Positions 15,058 through 34,335 of a stretch of DNA of 64,000 bases are shown here, one piece after another. Source of the DNA: the human T2T-CHM13v2.0 reference genome, Homo sapiens; the NCBI RefSeq assembly GCF_009914755.1, contig NC_060930.1. One strand, written 5' to 3'. Positions within the stretch are counted from its first letter, which is position 1. Each line of letters opens with the position of its first letter. Below the pieces are notes generated by a model. The model had not been told where the DNA came from, searched no databases, and saw only the letters and a list, made by a program, of their open reading frames with translations. The translations under genes were made by a program, and so were the position numbers.

Positions 15058-17689
15058 CAAGTTTCAATAATAGATAGAACAACTAAACAGAATATCAGCA
15101 AAGAAATAGAAGACTTGGACAATGCTATAAACCAACTAGGCCTAACAGACATTTATAGAATAAGTCACTCCAAACAGCAAAATACACATTCTTCTTGATA
15201 GTATATGCAACATTTTCCAGGATAGACTGTATGCTAGGCTATAAAACAAGTCTCAATAAATCTAAAAGGATTAGAATAATACACAGTATCTTCTCTGTCC
15301 ATAATGGAATAAAATTAGGAATCAATAACAGAAGAAAACTTGAGAAATTTACAAATATATGTGGAAATTAAACATGCTCCTAAATAATCAATGAGTCAAA
15401 AAAGAAATCATAAGGGTAAGTGGAAAATACTATAGGATGTATGCAAATGAAAATAAAACCTATCAAAACTTATGAGATAAAAAAAAATGCCTAAAGGAAA
15501 CTGCATTCCTGTAAATGCCTACATTGAAAAAGAAGACAGATGCAAATCAATCTTAACCTTTTACTTTATGAAATTGAAAAAAAAAAAGACCAAGCTAAAC
15601 CCAAAGCAAGTAGAAGAAATAAAATAAAGAAAAGAGCAGAAATAAACAAAATAGAGAATAGAAAAATGATACGGAAAATCAATGAAACCAAAAGTTATTT
15701 TTTGAAGCTATCAACATAATTGACAAAACTTTTGCTAAACTAACAGAAAAAGAAAGTGACAAGACTCAAATTACTAAAATCATGTATGAAGGAGAAGACC
15801 TTAAAGAAATTTTTAAAAATATATTCTGAGAAAACTCTATGAACTTTTTATACCAACAAATTACATAACCTAGATTAAATGTGCAAAATTCTAGAAAGAC
15901 ACAAACCTCAAAAATTGATTGAAGAAAATATTGCAAATTTGAATAGACTTATTACTATTAAGATTGAGTTTGAATCAGTAATCTTAAATTTAAAAAACTT
16001 CCCACAAACAAAGTTCAGGACCAGATGACTTTAATGATTAGTTATACCAACATTTAAAGAATTAACACCAATCTTTCTAAAAGTTTTCCCAAAAATAGAA
16101 GAGAAGGAGGAAATACTATCTCATTCTATGAAGTCGTTATTGCCCTGACACAAAAATCAAACAGTTATCACAAGGAAAGAAAATCACAGACCTAAATCCC
16201 TCATGAATATAGGTTCAACAATCCTTAACAAAATAATGAAAAACTAAATCCAACAACATATAAAAAGTGCTGTGGATCATGATCAAATTCGATTTAGCCT
16301 AGGAATGCAAAGTTGTTTCATACAATAAAACTAATCAATGTAATATACTATATTAATCGAAAAAAGAAGAAAACACTTGATCATCTCAATAGATGTATAA
16401 AAAGCATTTGGCAAGGTCTAACATCTTTTCAACTCTACAAGCTACAAATGGGAAAGACGTCCTCAATGTAACAAAGGGAATTCATAGAGAATGTATAGTT
16501 TACATCATACTTAATGGTTAAAGACAAAAAGATTTCTTCATAAAAGACTGAAGGGTTTCCACATAAGACAAAGACGTCCACTTTCCCCACTGGTATTTAA
16601 CATTTTATGGGAGGTTACACTAGAACATTTAGATAGGAAAAAGACATAAAGGCATTCAGACTGGGAAAAAAAGAAGTAAAATTTTCTGTATTTGTTAATG
16701 ACATGATCTTATATATACAAAACTTTAAAGAATTCACACATAAACACATGAACATTCAAAACTGCTGGAGTTAATAAGAGTTCAGCAATTTTGGTTTCAG
16801 GATAGATCAATATACAAAAATCAGTTGTATTTCTATATTAATAAATGTTCCAAAAGTGAAAATAGGAAAAAACATTTATAGTAGCATCAAAAGAATAAAA
16901 TACTTAGGAATACATCTAACAAAACAAGTTTAAGACTTGTAGACTAAAAACTATAAAACCTTGTTTAAAAAATTTTAAAGAAGACCTAAGTAAATGGAAA
17001 GGCATACTATGTTCTTAGATTGGAAAATTTAATATTTTTAAGATCATAATACTCCCCAAATTGATCTTTATATTGATTGCAATCTCTTTTAAACTTCCAG
17101 TTGCTTTTCTTAGAAAAAATGGACAAAGTGATCTCAAAATGTATATGAAATGGAATGAATCCAGAAGAGCCAAAATAATCTTGAAAAAGGATGAACAAAA
17201 TTAAAAGACTCGCAATTCTTAATTTGAAAAGCCACCAAAAGCCTATAGCAATCAAGAAAGTATGGTATAGGAATAAGGCTAGACAATACATCAATGGAAT
17301 AGAATCGAGAGTCTAAAAAGAAACCTTTGTGTTTGCAGCCAAGTGAATTTCAACAAGGATGTCAACACCAGTCAATGGGAACAAGAATAATCCTTTCAAT
17401 ACATGATGCTGTGACAACTGTGTGTCCCTATGCAAAAGATAAATTTATTCCCCTACCTCACACCACATGCAAAATTTAACTCAAAATACATCAAAGACCT
17501 AAATGTAAGAGTTGAAATTATAAAACACTTAGAAGAAAAGAGGTATAAATTTTTGTGACCTGGGATTAGACAAGAGTTTCTTAGATATAACACAAAAAAC
17601 CTTCAAGAAACCAAAGAAAAATATATAGAAATTGGACTTCATCCAAAAAAAATTATTCAAATGGAAATATAATTTGTAGTATGATTTCC

Positions 17690-17890
17690 TAGTATGGTGT
17701 AAGATGGCATATTATTGTGGTTTTAACTTGCATTTCTCTGATGATTAGTGATATTGAATTTTATTTTATGTTTGTTCATCATTTGAATGTCTTTTTTTGA
17801 GAAATATCTGTTCATATACTTTGCCTACTTTTTAATTGGTTCTTTGTTTTTTTCTTGTTGAGTTGTTTGAGTTTCTTGTAGATTTTGGAA
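17690..17890 (-). mobile_element. Inverted L1 (L1MA-like) ORF2 3' fragment
   Basis: GTGGTTTTAACTTGCATTTCTCTGATGATTAGTGAT is the reverse complement of L1 ORF2 3' sequence. Confidence 0.8.
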
Positions 17891-18597
17891 AAACTCTTCT
17901 GGACAATGGCCTCGACAAAGAATTTATGACTACGACCTCAAAAACAAATACACAAATTGGACAAATGGACAAAAGGGACTTAATTAAACTAAAGAGATTC
18001 TACACAGCAAAAGAAAGTCAGCAGCGTAAACAGGCAACTTACGAATAGGAAAAAATATTTGCAAACTATACATCTGACAAAGGACTAATATTCAGAATCT
18101 ATAAGGAACTTAAATCAACAAGAAAATACAACTCATTAAAAGTGAGCAAATGACATGAACAGACACTTCTGAAAAGAAGACACACAAGTGGCCAACAAAC
18201 ATGTTTTAAAAATGCTCAAACTAATTATAAGAGAAATGCAAAAGAAAACCACTATGAGACATCTTACACTATTGTTGAATGGCTATCATTAAAAAGTCAA
18301 AAAATAATAGATGTTGAGGAGGATATGGAGAAAAGAAAACGTATACAGTGTTAGGAATGTAAATTAGTTCAACTCCTGTGAAAAACAGTATAAAGATTTC
18401 TCAAAGAACTAAAAATAGAACTATTATTCAACCTAGCAACCCTATTACTGGATATCTACCCAATGGAAAAGAAATTATTTTATCAAAAAGATATCTGCAC
18501 TCATATGTTTATTGTAGCACTATTCACAATAGCAGAGTCATGGAATCAACCTAAGCATCCCTCATGAGATGACTGGATACAGAAAATGTGGTATATA

Positions 18598-23726
<5,129 letters not shown>

Positions 23727-24636
23727 AGATAATGTGGTATATACACACCATGGAATACTATGCAGCCATAAAACAGAATGAAATCATGTCCTTCACAGCA
23801 AAATGGGTGGAACAGGAGGCCATTATCCTAAGTGAAATAACTCAGAAACAGAAAATAAAATATTGCATGTTCTCACTTATAAGTAGGAGCTAAACAATGT
23901 GTACAAATTGATACAAAAATGGAAATAATAGACAATGGGGACTCCAAAAAGGGGAAGGTTGGGAGAGCGGTAAGGGTTGAAAAATTATCTGTCTGGTACA
24001 ATGTTCACTATTTGGATGATGGATTCACTAGAAGCCCAAACCTCATCATTAGGCAATATATCCACGTAACACACCTGCACACGTAGCCCCCCATATCTAA
24101 CATTTTTAATAAAGAGAGTGATCTATCAGAATTCTATTGGCATAGCTTTATTTTATCAAGATACCTCGAATATAAAGTTTAAAAAGCAGATACACTTTCC
24201 TTGAGGAAGTAGAAAGCCATTTTCTCAAAAACATTTTACTTCACGTTAATTGTCCCATTTAGTATAGTACCTAATAAAGGGTAATAGAATTTGCAACAGG
24301 AAAGTAGTTCTGCTTATCTAACATTTAGAATCAGAAAATCTCTGTGGATAATAATCTATTTTATTTGTATTCTCTCTGTAAAATATCATAATCCCAAATA
24401 TCTTTAAATTCTATTTCAAAGTGCAAATGAAAACATGCCCTTGGCTATTATTGTTTTATAAAATGTCTATTGTTCATAAGACACAAAAGAGTTCTTCTAA
24501 GTCACCAACAGTTTATTATATGTCATAACTTTAGTTGAAGTGTCATATTTGCTTAAAGCATTGCTATGTGCATCATCCAAATGTTCCTTCCTTTCATCCT
24601 TTCTGAACTCTTTATAGACTGCCATCAAAGTACTTA

Positions 24637-24974
24637 GGCCTGGCACGGTTGCTCATGTCTGTAATCCTAGCACTTCGAGAGGCCGAGGTGGCAGACTCTC
24701 TTGAGTCCAGGATTTCAAGACCAGCCTGGGTGACATGGCGAGAGCTCATCTCTACTAAAAATGCAAAAAAAAAAAAAAAAAAAAAAAAATTAGCAGGGCA
24801 TGGTGGCACATGCCTGTAGTCTCATTTACTCAGGAGGCTGAGGTTAGAGGATTGCTTGAGCCTGGGAAGCAGAGGTTGCCGTGAGCCAAGATTACCTTAC
24901 TGCACACCAGCTTGGGGAACACAGCGAGACCCTGTCTCAAAAAAAACAAACAACAACAACAACAACAACAAAAA
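24637..24974 (+). mobile_element. AluJ-like, with expanded central A-tract and (CAA)n tail
   Basis: GAGGATTGCTTGAGCCTGGG and GAGACCCTGTCTC are J-type features. Confidence 0.85.
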
Positions 24975-25009
24975 CCCTCATATTACATATCTAATATTGG
25001 CTTCCACAA

Positions 25010-25135
25010 CTGGTTCCTGAGCTTCCTGAGGTCAGAGATTCTATCTCTTCTGCCTCTGTATCCCCAGTGTCAGTTACCTGGCAGGTCTTCAACTAATAGG
25101 TGCTAAATAGTCATGCATGAATGAATGAGTAGGTG
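25010..25135 (+). mobile_element. L2 3' end
   Basis: AGCTTCCTGAGGTCAGAGA...CTCTGTATCCCCAGTG...ATGAATGAATGA. Confidence 0.6.
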
Positions 25136-26910
25136 GACAAATGGGTGGATGAAAGAAAAAAAATATTTAAATAGTAAGGTAATCTTGGCTCATGCTTTTC
25201 TCTGTAAATGTGGGTGAATAAAATTGTTAAGTAAAAAGAATTAAAATTTATTTTTGTTAGTAATATACATTACCTAAAATTACTTACCTTATTACCAAAA
25301 CAAAGTATTAACTAGATCTTAATTTGATAAGAACTAAATTTTGCTGTTAATCTCAAAGTGCAGGTAAAGGTAACCTTAAATCAAATGTAAACAGAAAGCA
25401 GAGACTGAGATTCAATAATTCACCTTCTCCTTGGAAGTAGAAGCTGGGGTGAGAATAAGGACTACTGGGTGGAGAAGTCCATGGAAAACATCTGCCAGTA
25501 GTGTTTCAAAGAGTGAAGAGGGGACTTATTGTGAGTGCTATTGTCAAAGCCCCCAAAGCACAACATCAATGAAGTACTATTTATTTTTTCTATAGTCAAT
25601 AGATCAAAAGCCTATGGAGCAGTATGATCTGCTCTTTGTAAGGAGAAAAGGTCTATCCAGAGAAATGGAGAGCACATCTGGAAATATCTGTCTATGGAGC
25701 TGCTTGAAAAAAATCACCATGTAGCAGCAATAGGAGAAACATCTGTGCAGTGTGCAGCAAACCAGTCAAGGAAGGAAGCTGCTATGCGAAGAGACCACAT
25801 AATCAAGACAAAGACCAGGGTGGAGACAAGCACCCCTTGAATGACAAATCTTCCTAGATTCCATTTTTAACCACATGTAATCAGTAAGAATGATTTTCTT
25901 TTTCAAAGTATTTATATTAGCAGCACCTGCTCCAGGTGTAGCAGGGCAAAGGCAGAACACAATATCTTAAGGTGATTACTTAAAGACATTTCTATACATC
26001 ACTGAAGAGCAGAATCTGCATGTTATATGTTCACTGCAAAGTTCTAAATATTAATTATTTTAAAATCATGCATTAGAGAAGCTCATAAACATGGATTTTA
26101 ACCCAAAGTACCTTAAACGTGGTTTTCTTATACAACTTATTTACATGAGCTTTTAATCAAAAGTAGTGTGAAGATAATTTTTTTATCAAAACTAACACCA
26201 ATTCAGCAATTTTTTAAAAAACATGGTTTTGTTTTGTTACATGTGAGTTAGTGTCATCACACTAGTTTCAAAAAATAAGTGTGCATGTGAATATTCAGTT
26301 GCATACTCTTTAAAAGACAAATTCACTAGATTATTGCTCATATTCCTAATACAACAGCTCTATCTGTTTTAGTAAATTAACTAACTCCACTATTCAATTA
26401 AAATATGAATGAAAGTCTTCATTTTCATCAACAACTTTAAAATACTGCACTGCTGTGAAACAAGATTAAAAGTATGCTCGATGTTCTTGTTATCTATGAA
26501 ATTTGGCTGGTAAACACGCTGTTCCCAATATTGGTGTTAATTAACAAGTTGTCACTTTGCATTAGGCTGGAATTGTCTAATGCTTTCAATACATCTTGAG
26601 GCTGTGTTTACACTACAAAGTGCAACATGGAAAAAGTCATGTAGATATTTCAGACTAAAAAAAATCCTGTTGAAGAAAACACGAGGCAATTTTTTTAGAA
26701 TCAACCACCTTGGCATTCCGTATTAAATCGTATCACTAGAATATTCCTCAATTATTTTCATTTTTCTCAGTCCATGTTGCCAGAAGTTAAAAAGGGAAAA
26801 AAAGATTATTTTTAACTAATCAAGATAGGCTCCAAATAGAATATCCTATGCCTATAATTTACAAATTAATTGTGTACTTCCATTCATTTAATCCTTTCCA
26901 CATTCCTTTA

Positions 26911-27279
26911 CAGATGGTTTCTGACTTACAATTGTTTGACGTGATTCTTTGACATTATGATAGTGTGAAAGCCATAGGCATTCAGTGGAAACAATACTTT
27001 GAGTACCTACACAGCCATTCTGTTTTTCATTTTCAGCACAGTATTTATTCAGTAAATTACATGACATATTCAGTACTTTATTATAAAATAAGCTTTGTGT
27101 TATATTATTTTGCTCAACTGTAGGTTAATACAAGTGTTCTGAGCACGGTTCAGGTAGGTTGGTCTAAGCTATGATGTTTGGTAAGTTAGGTGTATTACAT
27201 ACATTTTCCACTTAATAATATCTTCCATTTTAAGAATGGGTTGTTGGAAGTTGTCCCATCATAAATCAAGGAGCATCTT
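26911..27279 (-). mobile_element. MER47A (TcMar-Tigger MITE) inserted in a MIR
   Basis: Termini CAGATGG...GACTTAC and AATCAAGGAGCATCT; internal TAAGCTATGATGTTTGGTAAGTTAGGTGTATT; MIR sequence on both sides. Confidence 0.85.
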
Positions 27280-27786
27280 TATTAAGGTTTTATTAATCTT
27301 ATTTTATGAATGACAAAATTGAAGTTCAGAAGAGTGATTTTAACTTTCCTAAAGTTATGTAGCTATAAGTGGCAGAGCTAATCCTTGAATCTAAGTCTTC
27401 TAGTTTTAAATCTAGTAGTAACACTTTTTTTTAAATACTTTTTAAGAATCTGAAAATGCTATCAAAGATAGGGATAAGAGAAGCTTACAATTATACAGTC
27501 TCTGTATAAAAACTACATATAATACAGAGTACATATATATATACACACACATATACAGATTACATGTGCATTTATATAATTTGTATATAGCTACACATTA
27601 TTAAGTATATAGTAAATTATTTATATATTATCTAAATGAATATTTGCAAAATCTTGTGTGGTAGGTATTATTTTCTCCATTTACCCAATGAGTTCCAGAG
27701 AGGATGAGTAACTTACCTAAGAGGACACAGTTGATGAGTGGCAGAGCTTATATTCAAATGACAGCCTGAAAGACTGTTGAGACCCT

Positions 27787-27925
27787 CACTACACTGTGGT
27801 CCGCAAATAGGCTTTATCAGCACTATCTGAGAACTTGGGAGACACAGAATCTCAGACCCCACCCTCAACATAATGGGCAAGATTCCCAGGAGATTCATAA
27901 GCATATAAATATTTGAAACGTACAG
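27787..27925. mobile_element. MER5-like hAT-Charlie MITE, next to a MIR at about 27650-27785
   Basis: TGTGGTCC...CAGAATCTCAGACCCCACC...CAAGATTCCCAGGAGATTCAT. Confidence 0.6.
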
Positions 27926-28240
27926 TTATACACCACATTAGTCTGATATCAAAATTAAATCTATCAAAATGTGTAGTGGAACACAAAGTGGTCTACAGTA
28001 TTTATATCTGTCCATCTCTACTAAAACTATAAGCTCCTCAAGGGCAAAGTCTAAAACTGTTCCCGGCATGTCGCATAAGACTTTGTGCTAGTAGCTGCCT
28101 AAGAAATGTTTACATCTGGTTAGTTGCATATATAAAACAAGTATTTGGCCAACTTTGTATATAAATGTTTGTTTTATTTGTTGATGTTTCAGAGGCTGTT
28201 AGATGGGAAGTAAGTTATTTTAATTCCATTTTATGATTAA

Positions 28241-28619
<379 letters not shown>

Positions 28620-29624
28620 TGGGTATTTTTAAATTGGGATTGCTTCTTATATTTTAGTAGATAGCATTTATGGTGGGAACTATGCTGAAATATATGGCAT
28701 TGGCAAGCTGCTATTTAACCACAGTGGAGAGGAGGGAATTTATTAAGATTGGCTCAAAATTACTTTGGAAAGAGACAGAGCTACAAAGTTGAAGGAAGGT
28801 GGTGCTCTGCCAAGGGAAGAGGTGATGGTTGTGCAGGTTAATTTAGTGATGGAGTATCAGAGGCTGCATGACAGAGGGTACAGCAGAATAAAAAAGAGAT
28901 GGAGACTAGGACTGTGGGAAGCTTTGGAAGATATCCTAAGTAAAGGAGGAACAAATGGGTGGGAAACAGGAAACATGTAGGTCTATGATTCTGTGATTCA
29001 ACATTTCAACTTAAGAAACATTCAGTGAATAATTACATTTTGAGGGTTAAAAGATGGAGAAACTAACATCTAGTAAATGCTTACCATGTGCTAGAAACAA
29101 TGTAAGGCATTTTCATATGTTAACTTGTTTAAATTTTACAGTGATGTAGAGAGGCTTCTATTTTTCCGAGGTGATATTAGAGAGACAAAGAGTTGAACAA
29201 ATTTGTCTAAATTAAACTCCTACTAAATTAAACTCCTACTCCTACTAACCTCACTGTTCCAATCCTGGCTAAGGATTGGATTTTTCCACTGGGCTTTTAA
29301 ACATATAAATATGTGAACTCGTATTCTGTAAATTTCAGTAGAATCTATATATTTGTCTAAAATTCCACAAATGTTTGTGATGAACAAAGTAGAGAAACAT
29401 TGCTTTGTATACAATACTTCTTTTGACCTATTATATACAAACCACTGTACTAGAAGAAATGGGAAAGAAGATAATAAATCAGATAAACATCCTGTCCTCA
29501 AAGAGCATCCAGTCTATTTGGTCAGATAAGTCAGCTACAACAATAACACAATATATGGGGAAATTGCTAGGTAACGTATTTTAAATGCCACAGGAATCAA
29601 GAAAGTGTGATATTGGTGAAAGCT

Positions 29625-31135
29625 CAGATAAATAGACCAATGGAACAGAATAAACAGCCCAGAAACAGACCTACGCAAATAGAGTGAACTGGTACATAAT
29701 GAAAAAGCAGAGACAATTCAGTGGAGGAAGAATAGTCTTTACACCAAATGATGCTAAAATATTCACATGTTTTTAAAAAATGAATCTAGCACAGATTATA
29801 TCTTCCACAAAAATTAGCTCAAAATGGATCATAGACCTAGATATAAGGCTCCAAACTATAACAACTTACAGGCTATAGCATAAGAGACTAGCTGATATTA
29901 GGTTTGGTAATGACTACTTACATACAGCACTAAAAGCATGATCTCTGAAAGAAAAATGTAATACATTGGACTTTATTAAAATTAAAAGATCTGCTCTACA
30001 AAAGACCCCGTTAAAAGAGTGAAAAGTCAAGGCACTGACTGGAAGACAATATTTGCAAAACACTTCTCTGATAAAGAGCTTGTATCCAAAATATATGAAG
30101 AACTCTTAAAACTCAACAGTAAAACAAGCAACCCAATTTAAAAATGGGTAAAAGATGTGAACAGACACCTCATAAATGAAAAAAAACCAATGGCAAGTGA
30201 GCTCCTGAAAAGACACTTCACATCATACATCAAGAGGGAAATGCAAATTAAAACAATATGAAATACCACTCTACACATCTATTAGAATAGCTGAAACACA
30301 AATACTGACAACAAATGCTGACAAAGATGTGCAAAAGGAACTCTCATTAATTGCTGGTGGGAGACCAAAATGGTATAGTTACTTTGAAAGAGTATTTGGC
30401 CATTTCTTTAAAAAATAAACATACTCTTACCTTACTATCTGCCAATTGAAACTCTAGGTATTTACCCAAAGGAGTTGGAAATTTATGTCCATGCAAATGT
30501 TTATAACAGCATTATTTGTGATTGCCAAAAACTGGAAGTCACCAAGACATCTTTCAATAGGTAAAGGGATAAACAACTGTGGTACATCCATACAATAGAA
30601 TATTATTCAGCAAAAAGAAGAATAATCTATCAAGCTATGAAAAAAAATGCAAGAAAACTTAAATGCATATTGCTAGCTAAGTGAAAGAATGAAGCAAATC
30701 TTAAAAAACTACATTCTGTATGATTCCAACCATGACATTCTGGAAGAGACAAAACTAGAGATAAAAAAGACCAGTGCTTGTGAGGGGTTTATGGGGAGAG
30801 AGAGAGGGATGAATGGGTGGAGGAGCACAGAAGATTTTGGGGGAAGTGAAAGCATTCTGCCTGAACCTATAATGATGCATATATGACATTATGCATTTGT
30901 CAAAATCCATAGAACTATATAGTACAGAGAATGGACCCTAATGTAAACTCTGCACTTTAGTTAATATAAGGTACTAATATTAGTTCATCAGTTGTAACAA
31001 ATATGCCACAGTAATGCAAGATGTTAATAAAGGAAACTGTATGTGGAGAAAGAGGGAGTGTATGGGGACTCTGTACTTTCTGCTCAACTTTTCTATAAAC
31101 AAAACACTGCTCTAAAAAATAGTCTATTAATACTT
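29625..31135 (+). mobile_element. L1MC-class 3' ORF2 and 3'UTR
   Basis: GACCAATGGAACAGAATA...CCCTAATGTAAACT...CTCTGTACTTTCTGCTCAA...CTGCTCTAAAAAATAGTCTATT. Confidence 0.85.
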
Positions 31136-31144
31136 TTTTAAATG

Positions 31145-32400
31145 CCATGTGAGTTGAGAGTGGGAAATACTGCTTCCAGTCAGAATAATCAGGGAAAATA
31201 AAACTACCTGGAAGGGACAGTATTCCAAATATACTTTGACAGATGGTTAGGATTTGGATAATATGATATCCTATGTACAGTAAGGACATTCAGATAGATG
31301 AAAGACAGAGGTAACATTCTCAACCCAATAGTTAAGCAAATGTGCAAATCAGCTCATCCGTGACCAGTAATATTTACTATTTAACATATGTGAGACTAAG
31401 TTCTCTTATAAGTAGAAATAATTATTTCTACTTATAGAATATTGGTGTTAATTAACAAGTTGTCAGTTTACATTAGGCTGGAATTGTCTAATGCTTTCAT
31501 ATATATAATGGGTAAGCAAATCTTAAATGTACCATTCAATGAGTTTAACAATTTCATATACATTTATAAAATAAACCTTCATGAAAATAAAGAACATTTT
31601 GACGAAGGATACTATATTATAGGATAATCCTATAATATAGAAGCATAAATATATAATAATCCTAGAAAAATAGTCCCATAACTATTTCTACTATTAATAG
31701 GAATGCCTTCAGTGAGTATAGGTTGCAATGGATACTGCAATAGTAGAGTGGATTTAGAAGGACTGAAAAGACAGTAGGAAAAATGATTGATATCATTTTA
31801 TGAGAATAACTAAAAGCAAATCTGAATGCCATCTAAAGACTTTGGACAATACTCTGTTTTTAAGAAGGAGATTGGAGAACAATCAGTGCTTTGGTCAAAT
31901 GTGCTAACATTTGTAACGTGTCTAGTACTGTGGCAGTCACACTAGATGTTAAAGATGGCAAAATGTTAAGGAAACCACAAAGAAGAGAATAGCAATGAGG
32001 TGAGGATTTTCAACACTGTCAAATACTACAAAGGTGTTGGGGAATTTGAAAAGGGATTCAAAGGCATTGGATCTATCAACCATTGGAGACTTTTGGGAGG
32101 ACTGTTTCCACAGAGCAGTTGGAGCAATAGACAAAGACATGGTTTTCAAAGGTGTATGTAGTAAGGAACTGGAAAAAGCAGCAGAAACAACTCTTTGTCT
32201 CAAAGTTTGGTTATGAAAAAAGGAGACACCTAGGAAAATAACTCAGAGGGGTAGCAAAATACTATTCTTGGATGGGAGAAGACTCGATCATGCATAAAAG
32301 TACAGAATTTTTTGATAATACTAAAGAAGCAAAAGAAATAATATATAGAGGGTGAGGAATAAAAGCACATATGGTGGATAGATAATAAGAAGGGGTAGAG
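31145..32400 (-). mobile_element. L2 fragments interrupted at about 31310-31700
   Basis: L2-like GATGGTTAGGATTTGGATA before the interruption; TGAATGCCATCTAAAGACTTTGGAC and CATTGGATCTATCAAC after it. Confidence 0.55.
31407..31690. repeat. Composite templated insertion (palindromes plus local copies)
   Basis: 30-bp palindrome 31407-31436; 31438-31499 matches 26527-26588; 31500-31596 matches the reverse complement of 33964-34060; 29-bp hairpin 31612-31640. Confidence 0.9.
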
Positions 32401-33474
32401 GAGATTTTTAATTTTGAATGGAAGAAATAATTGTTTTTTTTTTCTCTAAGAAAGAAGGAAGGATGAGAAAGTAATTTAAAAGAAAACAAATTTTGAAGCA
32501 GAGAGGATAGAAGTTAAAGCACTTCATTCATTTACAAATATCTTTATGCATCTAAGTATCAAACACTGGGCTAGAGAACAGTACAGCAAGAACAGAAGCA
32601 TAAGAGGTCTACAATGCCAGGACAGCACAGTAAATTCTCTGATAAATATGAGGGTGAAGTGCCATAGCAGTCAAGGGAGAATCCACATATAAGACAACAT
32701 TTCGATGATGTCTTTGAAGTTCATGTAACCAGGTGGAGAAGTGAAGGAAAGATATTCCAGGCAGGAGAGACAGAAGGTGCAAATCTAGAGCATCGCGAAT
32801 AGAGCAGCTTATATCTGAGGTGGTTTGTAGTTAAATTCTTAATTGCTGACTTCTATAGCAACTGACAGGGATTTTTTCTTTCTCCAAGCCAATTTGTGTA
32901 AGCAGTATAGGTCATCTCCAGAGGTGACCTTTCCCTAATTCCAATTCTATTCCTTAAACCTCCCGCCTCTTACTTTTCCTCCCAGTAAAAGATGGTCATT
33001 TTGCTGGTCTGTGGATACATACAGCCAATAACCTGATGATCACTAAGCCAACACTCTCTTTTTGTTTGTCTATACTTATTAATGGTAATACTGTTTTCCC
33101 TGCACCCATTTTGGAATTTTTCATCTCTTCATTTACCTATCTATGTATTGGCACCAAATACTTTAAATAACTTCCTCATAAAGTTTTTCATGTTGTCTTA
33201 TTTTCAAATTCCCATTGCTTTGGTTTTGGTCATTAGTAGATTATGCCTAAATTATTACAACAACCTTCTTAGATTCTGTCTATAGTCCTTTATTTTCAAG
33301 CACCATCTTGTACCCCACCACCAGATTAATCTTATCAAACATCACATTCCCCAGGCAATCTTCCAGTCCACAGTCCAGTGACTATCTGCTACTTAAGATA
33401 GAGGCTTTAGCAATAAATTCTGTTTTTTCACAATCTAGTCAGTATTTACTCTTTACCACTTAACTTCTGTCTGA

Positions 33475-34335
33475 CACACCAAATGTTGGCAAGAATATGG
33501 AGTAACCATAGGTCTCATGTATTTTTAATAGAAATTGAAAAAAGATATGGAAATTTCTCATAAAACTAAACACATATTTACTTTAGGTTCCAACAATTTC
33601 ACCACTAGGTATTTTTCTGAGGAAAAGAAAATGTATACAGGAATATTTGTAGCACCTGTTATTCATGATAGCCTCAAACTCAAAACAATGCAGGTGTTTA
33701 TTAATAGACAGATAAACAGTAGTATATTCATGCAATGGAAACTTACCCATAAAAAGGAACAAACTACTGATACAACAAAATGAATAAATCTCAAAAACAA
33801 AATACTAAATGAAAAAAATACACGAAAGAAATTCTTTTTATATGAAGTCTTAAAAAAGGCAAACTAATCTATGGTTGAAAAGCATCAGAGCATTGGTTGC
33901 CTCTGAGGTGGCAATTACAAAAAATAACTGATAAGAACCAAAGATAAATTTCGGGAATGGTAGTGTTCTTTATTTTGATGAAGGTTTATTTTATAAATGT
34001 ATATGAAATTGTCAAACTCATTGAATGCTATATTTAAGATTTGGTTATTCATTGTATATAACTTTTACTTCCAAAAATATAACTAAACAACTATTGAACT
34101 CACTGATACATGTGATGAAGTGTTTAGGGGTGAAATATACTGATGTCTGCAACTTACTTTGAAATGAATTATAATTAAGATGGATTGGCTTACAGAAAGA
34201 GGGACAGATAGATATGTGACAAAACACATATACTAAAATGTTACTGACAGAATTAAGGTAGCGAGATATTTATGTTTACATACAATTCTTTCATTTTTCT
34301 GAGTATTAAAACAATTTTATAATAAAATGTTGGGA
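33475..34335 (+). mobile_element. Old L1ME/L1MC-class 3' end fragments
   Basis: ACCAAATGTTGGCAAGAATATGGAG, GAATAAATCTCAAAAAC, GGCAAACTAATCTATGG and TGATGTCTGCAACTTACTTTGAAATG. Confidence 0.75.

Noticed and set aside
29207-29244. 16-bp tandem duplication CTAAATTAAACTCCTA, and the 9-bp TGGTAAGTC doublet at 11882
   Set aside because: Ordinary slippage duplications with no array or spacer structure; not CRISPR-like.
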